Of a DNA stretch of 64,000 nt, positions 43,400 to 53,640 are shown in pieces. Each line of letters begins with the position of its first letter. The first letter of the stretch is position 1. The stretch comes from Nitrospirota bacterium (lineage in GTDB: Bacteria > Nitrospirota > UBA9217). The stretch covers positions 1 to 64,000 of the forward strand of contig CAVVUN010000011.1 in the NCBI GenBank assembly GCA_963751455.1, given 5' to 3'. The position numbers and the translations under genes were made by a program. The notes beneath the pieces were generated by a model that saw only the letters and a list, made by a program, of their open reading frames with translations, ran no database searches and was not told the origin of the DNA.

Positions 43400-43611
43400 C
43401 CGAAAAGCGTCTCTTTGTCACCCAGTTGCCATTCGTAGATCTATCTTCAGTTTCACCGTCGCCTTATTGTCGTTGTTCACGCTTCTAAGCCGGTTTCACC
43501 CGCGTAGTTTCCAGTCTCCTTTGCCTCCGCCACCCTACTGATGTATAATCCTGAATACGGCAGTTGGACGCAGATGAACGCAGATAACCGCAGATCAAAC
43601 AAAAGAATTTT

Positions 43612-43781
43612 GTAACTATTCAGCTTCTTCTCAGAACAGCATTAAGACAAATCTAAGAAAAAACCCTTCTATCCGCAGATTTCGCAGATTGACGCAGATT
43701 CTAAAACCGGAATTCTGTTTTTGTGTTATTATCTGCGAAATCTGCGTAATCTGCGGATAAAAAAATGACCTGAGTAGTTAC
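43612..43781. mobile_element. 170-bp MITE with GTAAC ends, nested in a periodic palindromic element (43565-43886)
   Basis: TIR GTAACTATTCAG / CTGAGTAGTTAC; 8-bp TSD AGAATTTT; internal CGCAGATT / AATCTGCG repeats. Confidence 0.85.
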
Positions 43782-43930
43782 AGAATTTTTAGAGAAAAAA
43801 TTCACCGCAGGGTGATTGCTTGTACGATACAAGAACGTTTTTTTATCCGACCTTATCTGCGTTTATCCGATTTTTCTGCGTCCCAAATGCATTTTTAGGA
43901 TAATGGAGTGTTATATCGGCAGGTTATCCA

Positions 43931-44707
43931 ATGATCGTCAAAGAAATCGAAGCAAAAACCATCCTCTCCAAGTCCCAGATCTACGACTATACACTGAACG
44001 CCTACGTCGGCTGCGCGCATAACTGCGTTTACTGCTACGCCAAGTTCATGAAACGCTTCACCGGGCACCGTGAACCCTGGGGAGAGTTCGTCGACGTGAA
44101 GATAAACGCTCCTGAGCTGCTGCTCAAAGAGGTGAAGAAAAAGAAGAAGGCAAGAGTCTGGATCAGCGGAGTGTGCGACGCGTATCAAACGCTCGAGGAG
44201 AAGTATAAAGTCACCCGGAAATGCCTTGAAATTCTGATCGACAATGGCTGGCAAGTAACGATCCAGACCAAATCTCCGCTGGTCCTGCGTGACATCGATA
44301 TCTTGAAAAGATCTACGGACGCCGAGGTCGGGTTCACCATGACCACCGCGGACGAGAAAGTGAGGCGGATTTTCGAGCCGACTGCGCCGCCGATAGAGAA
44401 GAGAGCCGAAGCGCTGGCGGTTCTTCATTCCGAGGGGATAAGAACCTATGTCATGGTTGCGCCCATGCTTCCCGGCGCCGAGGAGCTGGCCAGTCTGCTG
44501 AAGGGCTCCGTGGACCATGCTTTGATCGACCGGTACAATTATCATTATGCAGACCGGGTATATAAAAAACACGGGATGGAATGGGCCAGGGATGATGAAT
44601 TTTTCGATCAGAAAGGAGAGGAATTGAGGGCTGCCTTTGAAAAAGAGGGGATACCCTGCAGGAAGCTGTATTCGCCGGTCGAAGCAATCAGCCGCAGACG
44701 TTCATAA
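43931..44707 (+). CDS. Radical SAM protein, spore photoproduct lyase-like family
   Basis: NAYVGCAHNCVYCYA, WGEFVDVKIN, TKSPLVLRDID, FEP.A. Confidence 0.88.
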   Translation: MIVKEIEAKTILSKSQIYDYTLNAYVGCAHNCVYCYAKFMKRFTGHREPWGEFVDVKINAPELLLKEVKKKKKARVWISGVCDAYQTLEEKYKVTRKCLEILIDNGWQVTIQTKSPLVLRDIDILKRSTDAEVGFTMTTADEKVRRIFEPTAPPIEKRAEALAVLHSEGIRTYVMVAPMLPGAEELASLLKGSVDHALIDRYNYHYADRVYKKHGMEWARDDEFFDQKGEELRAAFEKEGIPCRKLYSPVEAISRRRS

Positions 44708-44873
44708 AGGCAGACATAGAAGCGACGAGAACCGACGAAGGCGACTTGAAACGACCGGATGACGATGAAAAACAGGCGCGACGGCGACGGATAGTCGGGC
44801 ATAGTCGTTTCTAAGTCGCTTCACGCCGCCTCTTCGTCGCTCTCCGGTCTGCTTCACCCAGCTTCACCCGTCT

Positions 44874-45500
44874 CTAATACCTGTAGCCGAGATTGATAGT
44901 GCTCATGATTCCGTTCAATTTAACCTGCTGCCCGCCGTAGTCGGCTTTGACCCACAGATACCTGCCTTCGACGCCGATGAACATTGTGTTCGCAATGTCT
45001 ATGTCGAAACCGAGGCCTCCATGGAAGCCGTAGGCCTTTTTTGACTTGCTCGAGAAGCTGCCGGTGTTGCCGCTTACCTCAAGTTTCGTAATATACGCGC
45101 CGATGCCCGCCGAGAAGTACGGTCGAAAAGTTCCCGTTGACATAAAGTCCTTTGCAGTTATGACAATCGGGACTGCTTTAAGCTTTGCGCTGCCCGGTTC
45201 AGCAGACGGAGAACCTTTGCTCTCAAAGTATCCGATGCCGAGTTCAAGAACCATCTCAGAGTCGGAGAATTGGCCGAGCGCCATCTCCCAGTTGGACCCG
45301 GTCGTCATGTCCAGGCGAGAAGTCGTGCTTCCGTTAAAATTACTGATGTCGTACGTTTCGCTCGGAGAATAGCGGCCTCCCTTTAACACGAAGTAACTCG
45401 GTTTGTCAGGGACAGCGTTATCAGCGGCATAGACTGCCGGTGCGATCCCTGTTAATGAAACTGCAAGAACAAAGAGTACGGCTGGTTTAAACGTGTTCAT
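44874..45500 (-). CDS. Outer-membrane beta-barrel (OmpW/OmpA-like) protein
   Basis: Signal peptide AVYA, PYFSAGIG, alternating beta strands, terminal GYRY. Confidence 0.82.
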   Translation of the reverse strand: MNTFKPAVLFVLAVSLTGIAPAVYAADNAVPDKPSYFVLKGGRYSPSETYDISNFNGSTTSRLDMTTGSNWEMALGQFSDSEMVLELGIGYFESKGSPSAEPGSAKLKAVPIVITAKDFMSTGTFRPYFSAGIGAYITKLEVSGNTGSFSSKSKKAYGFHGGLGFDIDIANTMFIGVEGRYLWVKADYGGQQVKLNGIMSTINLGYRY

Positions 45501-45707
45501 GGTTCTCCTTTTCCCGGAAAAAACGGCATCACTGTTTGCCGGGTGAACTGTTCTTATCAGTGTATTGTCGAAAGCAGCCGGTGTCAATGGAAAAGGGATG
45601 AAGGATTTTATTCTTTACTATCAGTAAAATTACGTTATAATTTTGCGAAATTAAGAGAATGGTCTTTCGCGCATATTCATTTGAAGCGCTGAAATGCCTG
45701 CCCCGAG

Positions 45708-46082
45708 ATGGTTGTGAATAAAACATCGGATAAAAGAGTAAAGTACATTGCGAAAGATGCTATCTTTACGGTCGATATATCGGGACCAATGGATGAGAGC
45801 ACGTTGGCTGATATATCCGGGGCATTAAGAGATTGCATTAAATCCAAAGTAAAAGGCAATAAAGCACTTAAATTTCTATTTGATTTTAGAAATGTTCAAT
45901 GGGATTCGGAGGCAACCCATATGCAAGCGCGAAAGATATCCGGAAAAACTTTACAGGACGTGCTTCGCGGCCGTAATTATTTCTCGGCGATATTGAATAA
46001 TCAGCTTGAAGGTCAGTCATCTGAAAATGAATTCTTTTTTAGTCACGAACAAAAGGCGTTGGACTGGTTAAGAAAGAAATAG
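45708..46082 (+). CDS. Hypothetical protein (SpoIIAA-like)
   Basis: LFDFRN and C-terminal FF..EQKALDWL. Confidence 0.5.
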   Translation: MVVNKTSDKRVKYIAKDAIFTVDISGPMDESTLADISGALRDCIKSKVKGNKALKFLFDFRNVQWDSEATHMQARKISGKTLQDVLRGRNYFSAILNNQLEGQSSENEFFFSHEQKALDWLRKK

Positions 46083-46103
46083 AAATCAGAAAGGAGATAA
46101 CGG

Positions 46104-47408
46104 ATGAAGATCGGATTGCAGACGTGGGGCAGTGACGGCGACATTCGTCCTTTTCTTGCCCTGGCAGGCGGCTTGCGTGCGAGGGGCCATGAGGTTTCGC
46201 TGGTCGTGACCAGCGTGGATAACAAGGATTACAGCTCTTACGGCAAGGAAATGGATTTTGCGCTGTCACACGTCGGCAGGCTGACCTATGATGATAAAAC
46301 AGTTCGTCTTTTTCGGGATAAGATACTGGGGGCGCCGAATTCCCTGACCCAAATTGAACTTATCCTGGATCAATATTTTACTCCCGTAGTATCGGAAATG
46401 TTCGATGCCGCAAAGCAGCTCTGCGCTGAAAACGACGTAGTCATAGGTCATTTCCTCCACTATCCTCTGCAAGCCGCTGCTGAAAAAGCCGGCAAGTCTT
46501 ATGCAACTGTGACGCTTAACCACGCCGGGATTTATTCAAAACACACCCGGATGTTCGGCGTGCCTAACCTGGGGAAATGGATGAACCCCTATTGGTGGAA
46601 ATTATTTAATTTTCTGGTGGATCGTTCAATCGGAACAGACGTAAATAAGTTGAGAAAAACAGCCGGATTGCCGCAGGCTTATAAAATCCCGGATACTGTA
46701 TGGGTGTCTAAGGAATTGAATCTCATTCCCGTGACTTCCGCAATCAGTCGAGAACAGACGGACTGGCCGGAATATCATCACGTCTGCGGCGTCTTCACTG
46801 TCCCGAACACGGCTGAAAAATGGACCATGCCGGACACCTTGAAGCAGTTCCTCAAAAATGGTCCTGCGCCGGTCTTTATAACTCTGGGAAGCATGTTTTC
46901 CCTGGACGCGTCGCCGGACATAACTACGAAAATTCTTGTTCAGGGAGCATTGCTTGCCGGATGCAGGGCCATTGTTCAATCCCAATGGGACGAGCTTCGG
47001 GAAATTCCCGATCATCCGCAGATCTATAAGATACGGAAAGTGCCTCACCAGTATATTTTCCCGCATTGTTCCGCGATTGTTCATCACGGCGGCGCAGGCA
47101 CGACTCATTCGGCGATGCTTCATGGCTGTCCCTCGATTGTCATAGAACACTTCGGGGACCAGCTGTTTTTTGCTAACGAATTGCAGCGCCTGGGTGTGGC
47201 CCCTGAGGTTCTGCACAGAAAAAACCTTTCTGCGGATAAGTTGGCGAAGGCAATAAGGACGGTTCTGGGTGATCCTGATATGAAAAAACGGGCTGAAGCT
47301 CTTGGTGGAATAATGATGAAGGAAAATGGCGTAAAAAGTGCGGTGGAATTGATAGAAAAGCGTTTCACTATAAAGGCGGTTGGAACCGCAGGTGAACGCA
47401 CTTTCTGA
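46104..47408 (+). CDS. GT1 glycosyltransferase (sterol glucosyltransferase-like)
   Basis: GSDGDIRPFLALA..L.ARGHEV, HHGGAGTT, GDQLF. Confidence 0.9.
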   Translation: MKIGLQTWGSDGDIRPFLALAGGLRARGHEVSLVVTSVDNKDYSSYGKEMDFALSHVGRLTYDDKTVRLFRDKILGAPNSLTQIELILDQYFTPVVSEMFDAAKQLCAENDVVIGHFLHYPLQAAAEKAGKSYATVTLNHAGIYSKHTRMFGVPNLGKWMNPYWWKLFNFLVDRSIGTDVNKLRKTAGLPQAYKIPDTVWVSKELNLIPVTSAISREQTDWPEYHHVCGVFTVPNTAEKWTMPDTLKQFLKNGPAPVFITLGSMFSLDASPDITTKILVQGALLAGCRAIVQSQWDELREIPDHPQIYKIRKVPHQYIFPHCSAIVHHGGAGTTHSAMLHGCPSIVIEHFGDQLFFANELQRLGVAPEVLHRKNLSADKLAKAIRTVLGDPDMKKRAEALGGIMMKENGVKSAVELIEKRFTIKAVGTAGERTF

Positions 47409-47451
47409 AGTATCCGTGTTTTAACCGTGTTAATCCGTGGTTACTACCGTT

Positions 47452-48402
47452 TCAGGATTTCTTCCATTCTTTCTGCCGTGCCTCGGCCTCGCCGGCCTCT
47501 ACTTCGGACAGCAGTTCGAGATAGGTCTCATAGCGTTCCTTTGATACCAGCCCGCGTGCAACCAGGTCGGCAACTGCGCAGCCGGGTTCGGTTCGATGAC
47601 GACAGTCTCGGAAACGACAGGTCTCCTCACCCGTCTTCTCAAATCCGGGGAAATAGGCCGCTAGGTCCTCAGCCGAAATATCAACCAGACCGAAGTCCTG
47701 AAATCCGGGAGTATCGATCAACTCGCCGCCGGAAGCAAAGGAATGGAGCGTGGAAACCGTGGTCGTATGGCAGCCGCGGTTGCTGATGCCGTTGATCTCC
47801 CCGACCTTGAGCTCGGCTCCCGGGCAGAGAGCGTTCAGCAGGGAGCTTTTTCCCGCACCGGTTATGCCGACAAAGGCCCCGCGTCTGCCTTTCAAAAAAT
47901 CCAAAACAGAGTCAAGTCCGTCTCCCGCAGAAGCGCTTAGGGGAAAAACCGGGACCGCTCCGTCATAGGCGGTTTTCAGGAGGTCCACCAGGTCGTCGGA
48001 GCCGGCAAGGTCGCATTTGTTGACCACGACAAAGGGAAGTAGGTCTGCGGCCCGCGCTGCAACGATTGCCCGGTCAACGAAGCCGGGAGGAGGCACGGGC
48101 AGCAGGGCCACAACCACGCCGAGCACGTCAAGGTTCGCTCCGACCAGGTGAATGCCTCCCCGGGCGTCCTTGCGGAGCAGTTCTGTTCTTCGGGGCAGCC
48201 GGACCAGTATCTCGTCGGAAATCCGTACGCCATCGCCGACCACGTGGCCGGACCGCCGCTTGACCCCGATCATGCTGCGGAGGCCGTCGGTGAACAGCAC
48301 TTCAACCGATACGCCGTGGTGGGCGACGATCAAACCCTCTTTCCCCGTGAACAGACGGGAAGGATTAACAGGCTTGCCGGATTTATACCTTTCTTTTTTC
48401 AA
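47452..48402 (-). CDS. rsgA: Ribosome small subunit-dependent GTPase A
   Basis: NKCD, GITGAGKSSLLN, GCHTTT, IDTPG, CRFRDCRHRTEPGC. Confidence 0.93.
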   Translation of the reverse strand: MKKERYKSGKPVNPSRLFTGKEGLIVAHHGVSVEVLFTDGLRSMIGVKRRSGHVVGDGVRISDEILVRLPRRTELLRKDARGGIHLVGANLDVLGVVVALLPVPPPGFVDRAIVAARAADLLPFVVVNKCDLAGSDDLVDLLKTAYDGAVPVFPLSASAGDGLDSVLDFLKGRRGAFVGITGAGKSSLLNALCPGAELKVGEINGISNRGCHTTTVSTLHSFASGGELIDTPGFQDFGLVDISAEDLAAYFPGFEKTGEETCRFRDCRHRTEPGCAVADLVARGLVSKERYETYLELLSEVEAGEAEARQKEWKKS

Positions 48403-48636
48403 GCAAACACCATGGTCAATGATTCATCCCCAGCGATATATATTTTCAAAACTCGAAAACCGACTTAAAATAGAACCAAATTTTCGCGCAAAGGCGCAAA
48501 GAAAGGATAAAAACGGTCATATGTAAGTAAAGTTATTAATAAAGTCCTTAAGGATCATAAGTTTTTTCAGTAAGAGTTTCGTTTTTCTTTGCGCGCTTCG
48601 CGGCTTTGCGCGAGACAGATTCAAGTGATGATCGGT

Positions 48637-49239
48637 TCAGCGTTTCGCGTCTTTCAGTCCGATGGTGACCCGTGCGATACTGTCGGCGATGATGTCCTCA
48701 ATCTCATCCAGCATCTTTGCTGTTGCAGCCGGGTCCTCATCCGCTGCCTTCGGGTCGAATTCCGCGCACTCGGCGATATATTTATCCAATCGCGTTGACG
48801 CCTCCGTCAGTTCGTGCATCGCGTCAACCGCGTCTTCGGAAAAGTCGTCTTCTTCCGTTCCGCCAAGATTCAGTCCTGCTATGAAGTATTGCACCATCGA
48901 TAGATTGTCTGTCAGGTGCTGCAGCACGCCCTGATAATTGTCAGGATACTCCGTCTCCGGAAAATAGAAGGGGTCCTCTTCAGGTTTCCGTTGAGCAATG
49001 AAGTTCCAGAGCGACTGCAGATTGTCCCTCAGGTTTTCAGCGTCTGCTGCGGAAACAGGAGAGGCGGGATCTTCCTCGAAAATCACGGGCAGATACTCTT
49101 CAGGATCGGCCGGGTCAGGCGCGGCCATGCCTCCGTAAAAAAGGCCGTAAATCTCATGGAGCGTTCGTTCAGACCCGACCTTCGTGAGCGCTTCGCGCGT
49201 CACGTTGTCGTCAGTATAGCTCGTTAACGTATTTCCCAT
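48637..49239 (-). CDS. UPF0149/YecA family protein
   Basis: Acidic helical protein; LHEIYGLFYG, FIAGLNLG. Confidence 0.6.
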   Translation of the reverse strand: MGNTLTSYTDDNVTREALTKVGSERTLHEIYGLFYGGMAAPDPADPEEYLPVIFEEDPASPVSAADAENLRDNLQSLWNFIAQRKPEEDPFYFPETEYPDNYQGVLQHLTDNLSMVQYFIAGLNLGGTEEDDFSEDAVDAMHELTEASTRLDKYIAECAEFDPKAADEDPAATAKMLDEIEDIIADSIARVTIGLKDAKR

Positions 49240-49437
49240 CGGCTTGTAACCTCTCTCTCAGGTTCTTCGTTGCTTCACATCATTATACGTCATTAGCAAC
49301 CCGATTTACAGAAAAGGTTCGGCTCCGCCCGAACGACATAAACCTATTCGCAATCCGCAATCCGAAATCCGAAATTGGATATTTCCCTTGCCCCTTACTT
49401 CAAAATCCGTTATTCTCGCCTTAATGGGGGAGGTTCA

Positions 49438-49962
49438 ATGAATATTCTCGAAATCATCAAAACCAGGCGGAGTGTGCGGGAGTTCATCGACCGGAAGATC
49501 CCTGAGAACGCAATTGATGTTCTGATCGAGGCTATTCGCTGGGCGCCCAGTGCCGGAAATCTTCAGAGCAGGAAGTTTTATTTTGTCTTCAATGAGGAAT
49601 TGCGAAAGAAGCTCGCTCAGGCTGAGCTCAAACAGAATTTCGCAAGCTTTATCACGCGTGCGCCTCTCGTGGTCGTCGCTTGCGCGGACCACCAACTCGC
49701 TTCACGCTATGGCGAGCGGGGCATCCGCCTCTACTCCATCCAGGATACGGCTGCAAGCGTTCAGAACCTTCTCCTTGCTGCGCACGATCTTGGCCTGGGC
49801 ACCTGCTGGGTCGGTGCGTTTAAAGAGGAGAACGTGAAGGAAATTCTGAATCTGCCTGACAACCTGGTCCCTGTTGCCGTCATCCCGGTCGGGTATCCTG
49901 CGCTGACCCCTAAAGCCCCTGATCGTGTATCCAGGATGGATGCGGTAAAATTGGTACCCTGA
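49438..49962 (+). CDS. Nitroreductase family protein
   Basis: RRSVREF, APSAGNLQ, QNLLLAAHDLGLGTCWVG, PVGYP. Confidence 0.92.
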   Translation: MNILEIIKTRRSVREFIDRKIPENAIDVLIEAIRWAPSAGNLQSRKFYFVFNEELRKKLAQAELKQNFASFITRAPLVVVACADHQLASRYGERGIRLYSIQDTAASVQNLLLAAHDLGLGTCWVGAFKEENVKEILNLPDNLVPVAVIPVGYPALTPKAPDRVSRMDAVKLVP

Positions 49963-50015
49963 CTTTTCAGCAAGAAGCCAAGTCCTCCGGTAATAAGATA
50001 TGATGAAAGCGATAT

Positions 50016-50501
50016 ATGACTACATTGAAAGAAGTTCAGATCTACACAGACGGCGCATGCAAACGGAATCCCGGGCCCGGCGGATACGGGGTCGTTCTCC
50101 ATTATAATGAACATGAAAAGACCCTTTCCGGAGGGTTTCGTTTGACCACAAACAACCGGATGGAGATGCTGGCCGCGATAGCAGGACTTGAAAGCCTTTC
50201 CGGCGCGTGCAGCGTCACCATTACCAGCGACTCGAAATACCTTGTTGATGCCATAGATAAGGGCTGGGCCCGCAAATGGAGAAGCAAAAACTGGAAGAAG
50301 AGTGATGGCGAAAAGGCACTGAATCCGGACCTCTGGAGCAGGTTGCTGGATCTCTGCGATCGTCACCGGGTGAGATTCGTGTGGGTCCGCGGGCACGCCG
50401 GGCACGCGGAAAATGAGCGCTGCGACGAGATGGCAACTACCGCGGCTGCCGGAGAAAACCTGCCCGCGGATGAAGGATATGAACTAATCGCAATCCAGTA
50501 G
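50016..50501 (+). CDS. rnhA: Ribonuclease HI
   Basis: [43 protein letters not shown]. Confidence 0.97.
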   Translation: MTTLKEVQIYTDGACKRNPGPGGYGVVLHYNEHEKTLSGGFRLTTNNRMEMLAAIAGLESLSGACSVTITSDSKYLVDAIDKGWARKWRSKNWKKSDGEKALNPDLWSRLLDLCDRHRVRFVWVRGHAGHAENERCDEMATTAAAGENLPADEGYELIAIQ

Positions 50502-50558
50502 TATCTGAGCTTTGGATCATCACGTACATACCGCTTATTCAAACGCAGGAGGTAGTGC

Positions 50559-51350
50559 ATGCAACTTGAAGTGATATCAAAAGAACCTGCCTCCGACAAT
50601 CCCCGCCCCACGCCGCTCCTCTTTGTGCATGGCTTCTACGTTGGAAGCTGGGTCTGGCCCGAACACTTCCTCGGCTACTTCGCTGCACACGGCTACTCCG
50701 CACACGCGCTGAGTTTGCGCGGACATGGGCAAAGCGAGGGCCGCAAGGGGTTACGCTGGGTGCGCCTCGCTGACTACGTTGACGATCTGGCACAGGTTGT
50801 TTCGCAGTTGCCCACGCCGCCTGTCCTTATCGGACACTCGTATGGCGGCGCAATCGTCCAGAAGTATCTCGAAACCCGGACCGTGCCGGCTGCTGTTTTG
50901 CTCGCTTCAGCGCCGCCCCAGGGTCTGTTGCAGACACTGTTGCGTATGGCACGGCAATATCCGTTGTTGTTTCTCAGGGCGAATCTCACCTTTAGCCTCT
51001 ATCCGTTTGTCAGCACGCCTGCCATAGCCCGCGCTCTTTTTTTTTCGTCTGGTATGTCAGAGGAGAAGGTGCGTGAGTCTCAAGCGCGTATGTCGGACGA
51101 ATCGTATCGTGGCTTTCTTGACATGCTGTTCCTGAATCTGCCGAAACCGAAGCGCATCTCCTCACCGATGCTGGTATTGGGTGCAGCCGATGACAGGACT
51201 TTTCTGCCGAGTCAAGTCGAAGCTACTGCGCGCGCCTATAACACCCAGGCCGTTATTTTCCCGAACATGGGGCATGTGATGATGTTGGAAGAAGGGTGGG
51301 AGGCAGTAGCCGGGCGGATAATCGCGTGGTTACAGGAAAAGGGATTGTGA
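50559..51350 (+). CDS. Alpha/beta hydrolase
   Basis: FVHG, LRGHG.S, GHSYGG nucleophile elbow, GHVMM. Confidence 0.9.
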   Translation: MQLEVISKEPASDNPRPTPLLFVHGFYVGSWVWPEHFLGYFAAHGYSAHALSLRGHGQSEGRKGLRWVRLADYVDDLAQVVSQLPTPPVLIGHSYGGAIVQKYLETRTVPAAVLLASAPPQGLLQTLLRMARQYPLLFLRANLTFSLYPFVSTPAIARALFFSSGMSEEKVRESQARMSDESYRGFLDMLFLNLPKPKRISSPMLVLGAADDRTFLPSQVEATARAYNTQAVIFPNMGHVMMLEEGWEAVAGRIIAWLQEKGL

Positions 51351-51479
51351 GAAGATTGTATTTAGACGCGATGGCAACGGTCAAAGCTTTATTTGCTGCA
51401 TCATATTGATAAATCGATGTTAACGTGATAGAGTTCCGTTTATTAATTGTGGTTTCATAGATTGCGCATTGAGGCCTCC

Positions 51480-52700
51480 ATGATAAAACTGATCTGGTTA
51501 CCCGCTGTAATGATGCTATCAGCATGCATAGGGGCCTATGTTCCTTCACTCACGAAAATGCCCACCGATTCTGTCCGATCGCTCTCGACAACAACTGACG
51601 AAACCGCAGTACGCTATGTTCCGGGCAGCAGCCGAAAAATATGCCAGTTGACCGGAGACTTTGACTGGGAACGGGACGAATTCACGCCGAACAAGACGCT
51701 GCACGTCGGCATACTCGGGACTGATCTTGGTTCATCGTTCGTCCATGCAGGCAGGACGTATTTTCTGTTCGGAGATACAGCGGGCCTGTCGCTCCTCGCT
51801 GACGATAGCATTGCGTTCACGACAGACATTGATCCCGAACACTGTCTCAAACTTCAATTCGAGACTAACGCCTTCGGCTTGTTCAGGTCATTGCGCATTC
51901 CCGGCGTCTCCACAAGGTTCATGGAGGTGCCGACCGGCGGGTTCAGCGCGCACGGGAATATGTACATTATTTATGCGACGGATACAACGTTGCTCAAAAA
52001 GATGGGCCGGTCTGTTTTGGCTCGTTCAAGCGACCATGGGAAGCATTTCACCTATCTCTACGACCTGTCCGTCAACAAGTTTATCAATGTCGCTCCGGTC
52101 GTTGTAGAGAATGCAGAAATTCCCGGTCTGCCTGACGCGTCAGGCAAGAGTGTTCTTCTTTGGGGGAGCGGAGTTTACAGGAAAAGCGATCCCTATCTGG
52201 CATATCTTCCTCTGGAGAGCGTGGATGATCCGAAGACATTACGCTACTATGCCGGACTGAACGAGAACGGGACCCCGCGGTGGAGCAACCGGGAATCCGA
52301 TGCGAGCGCTCTTTTCGATCAGGGCTGTATAGGTGAGCTCTCAGCAGCATGGAATCCCTTCATCCGCAAATGGCTGCTGCTCTACAACTGCCGCGGCCGA
52401 GGGATCTTGTTCCAGACAGCGGATTCACCCTGGGGACCCTGGTCGCAGCCCCAGGTGCTCTTCAATGGCTGGAGAGACGGGGGGTATTGTCATTTCATAC
52501 ATGCGAGCTGGCTGTCCCGTTGGTGCGATGCGGTCAATGATCTGGGACGAGGATTTACCACGGGCGGGGTATATGGACCTTACATGCTTCCCGGCTTCTT
52601 TAAGGGGAATGAAAAGTCTACGACTATTTATTTCGTGATGTCCACCTGGAATCCTTATCAGGTTGTACTGATGAAAGCGACACTCGCAATTAGTGATTAA
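51480..52700 (+). CDS. DUF4185 family beta-propeller lipoprotein
   Basis: LSAC lipobox, GTDLG, LFGDT, GELS, PWGPWS, YGPY, STWNPYQV. Confidence 0.75.
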   Translation: MIKLIWLPAVMMLSACIGAYVPSLTKMPTDSVRSLSTTTDETAVRYVPGSSRKICQLTGDFDWERDEFTPNKTLHVGILGTDLGSSFVHAGRTYFLFGDTAGLSLLADDSIAFTTDIDPEHCLKLQFETNAFGLFRSLRIPGVSTRFMEVPTGGFSAHGNMYIIYATDTTLLKKMGRSVLARSSDHGKHFTYLYDLSVNKFINVAPVVVENAEIPGLPDASGKSVLLWGSGVYRKSDPYLAYLPLESVDDPKTLRYYAGLNENGTPRWSNRESDASALFDQGCIGELSAAWNPFIRKWLLLYNCRGRGILFQTADSPWGPWSQPQVLFNGWRDGGYCHFIHASWLSRWCDAVNDLGRGFTTGGVYGPYMLPGFFKGNEKSTTIYFVMSTWNPYQVVLMKATLAISD

Positions 52701-52726
52701 CACACCTCAGGCTCAGGATTGCTATA

Positions 52727-53296
52727 GTGCACATTAAAAGATTCCGACATATCGCCCTTGTGACTGGCGATTTGGACAAAATGATTAATTTTTACACTCA
52801 CGTGCTGGGTTTTGAGGTGAAACGCCGTTTTGAAATTAAGAGCGGAGATTTTCAAAAGGGGATTGGTGTTGTCGGAGCCGAGGCCAAAGGAGCCCATTTG
52901 GCTATTCCAAACTCCAATGTGGAAATGGAACTATTCCAGTTTACCAACCCTTTGCTCCATACCACTGGTTCTTCTTTGCCGGCGAATCACCCGGGATATC
53001 GTCACATTGCGCTGATCGTGAGCAACCTGCATGAAGCATATCTGGAACTTAAGAACAAAGGTGTTGTATTTCTGTCAGAGCCCGTCATTGTGAAGGAGCC
53101 TAAGGAAGTGGCAGGGTTCCAATTTGTATATTTCCGGGATTCCGAGGGGAACATCATCGAATTGAATCCCGCGACTTGCAATCCCCCGGCTCTTGCCGGG
53201 GGTAATGCGCCGTAGTCCGCTGGGAGGTCGCGTTGTTCAGGGGAGCCTCCGGCTCCTGCCGGAGGGGGCTCCACTCAACTGCCGGAATGGGCCTAA
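52727..53296 (+). CDS. VOC/glyoxalase family protein, 3' end interrupted by the 108-bp element
   Basis: RHIAL twice, YFRDSEGNIIEL; original end ELNQLPEWA* restored by removing 53168-53275 (current stop at 53215). Confidence 0.85.
53168..53275 (+). mobile_element. 108-bp non-autonomous IS200/IS605-type element, copy 2
   Basis: Inverted copy of 40223-40330; preceded by TGAAT; no TSD. Confidence 0.88.
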
Positions 53297-53488
53297 CACC
53301 GGCTTAACGAGTCGTTCAATGTTTGCCTTTACATTCCGCAATCCGAACTCCTCCAATTCAACCGTCTCCCGTCACCCCATCGCATCTCGGCCTCCGAAGT
53401 TCTTCCTGACCTGTTGCCGCATCTATTAGCAATATAACAACTTTATATAGTAATTTGCACATACCCTGAAAATACCCCATCGTTATCA

Positions 53489-53517
53489 TTGACATCTTCT
53501 TATATCAAGCATATAGT
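53489..53517 (+). promoter_or_regulatory. Sigma70 promoter candidate
   Basis: TTGACA-17 bp-TATAGT upstream of the gene at 53641. Confidence 0.55.
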
Positions 53518-53640
53518 CATCAAATACTGCCATCTGAGAATAAACCACCTGACTATCCACGTAAATCGAGTAAACAAACCTGCGTACTATTTTGAAGAGA
53601 TAGATAAAATTCCGTCGAGTACGCTTCATAATGGAGTCTT

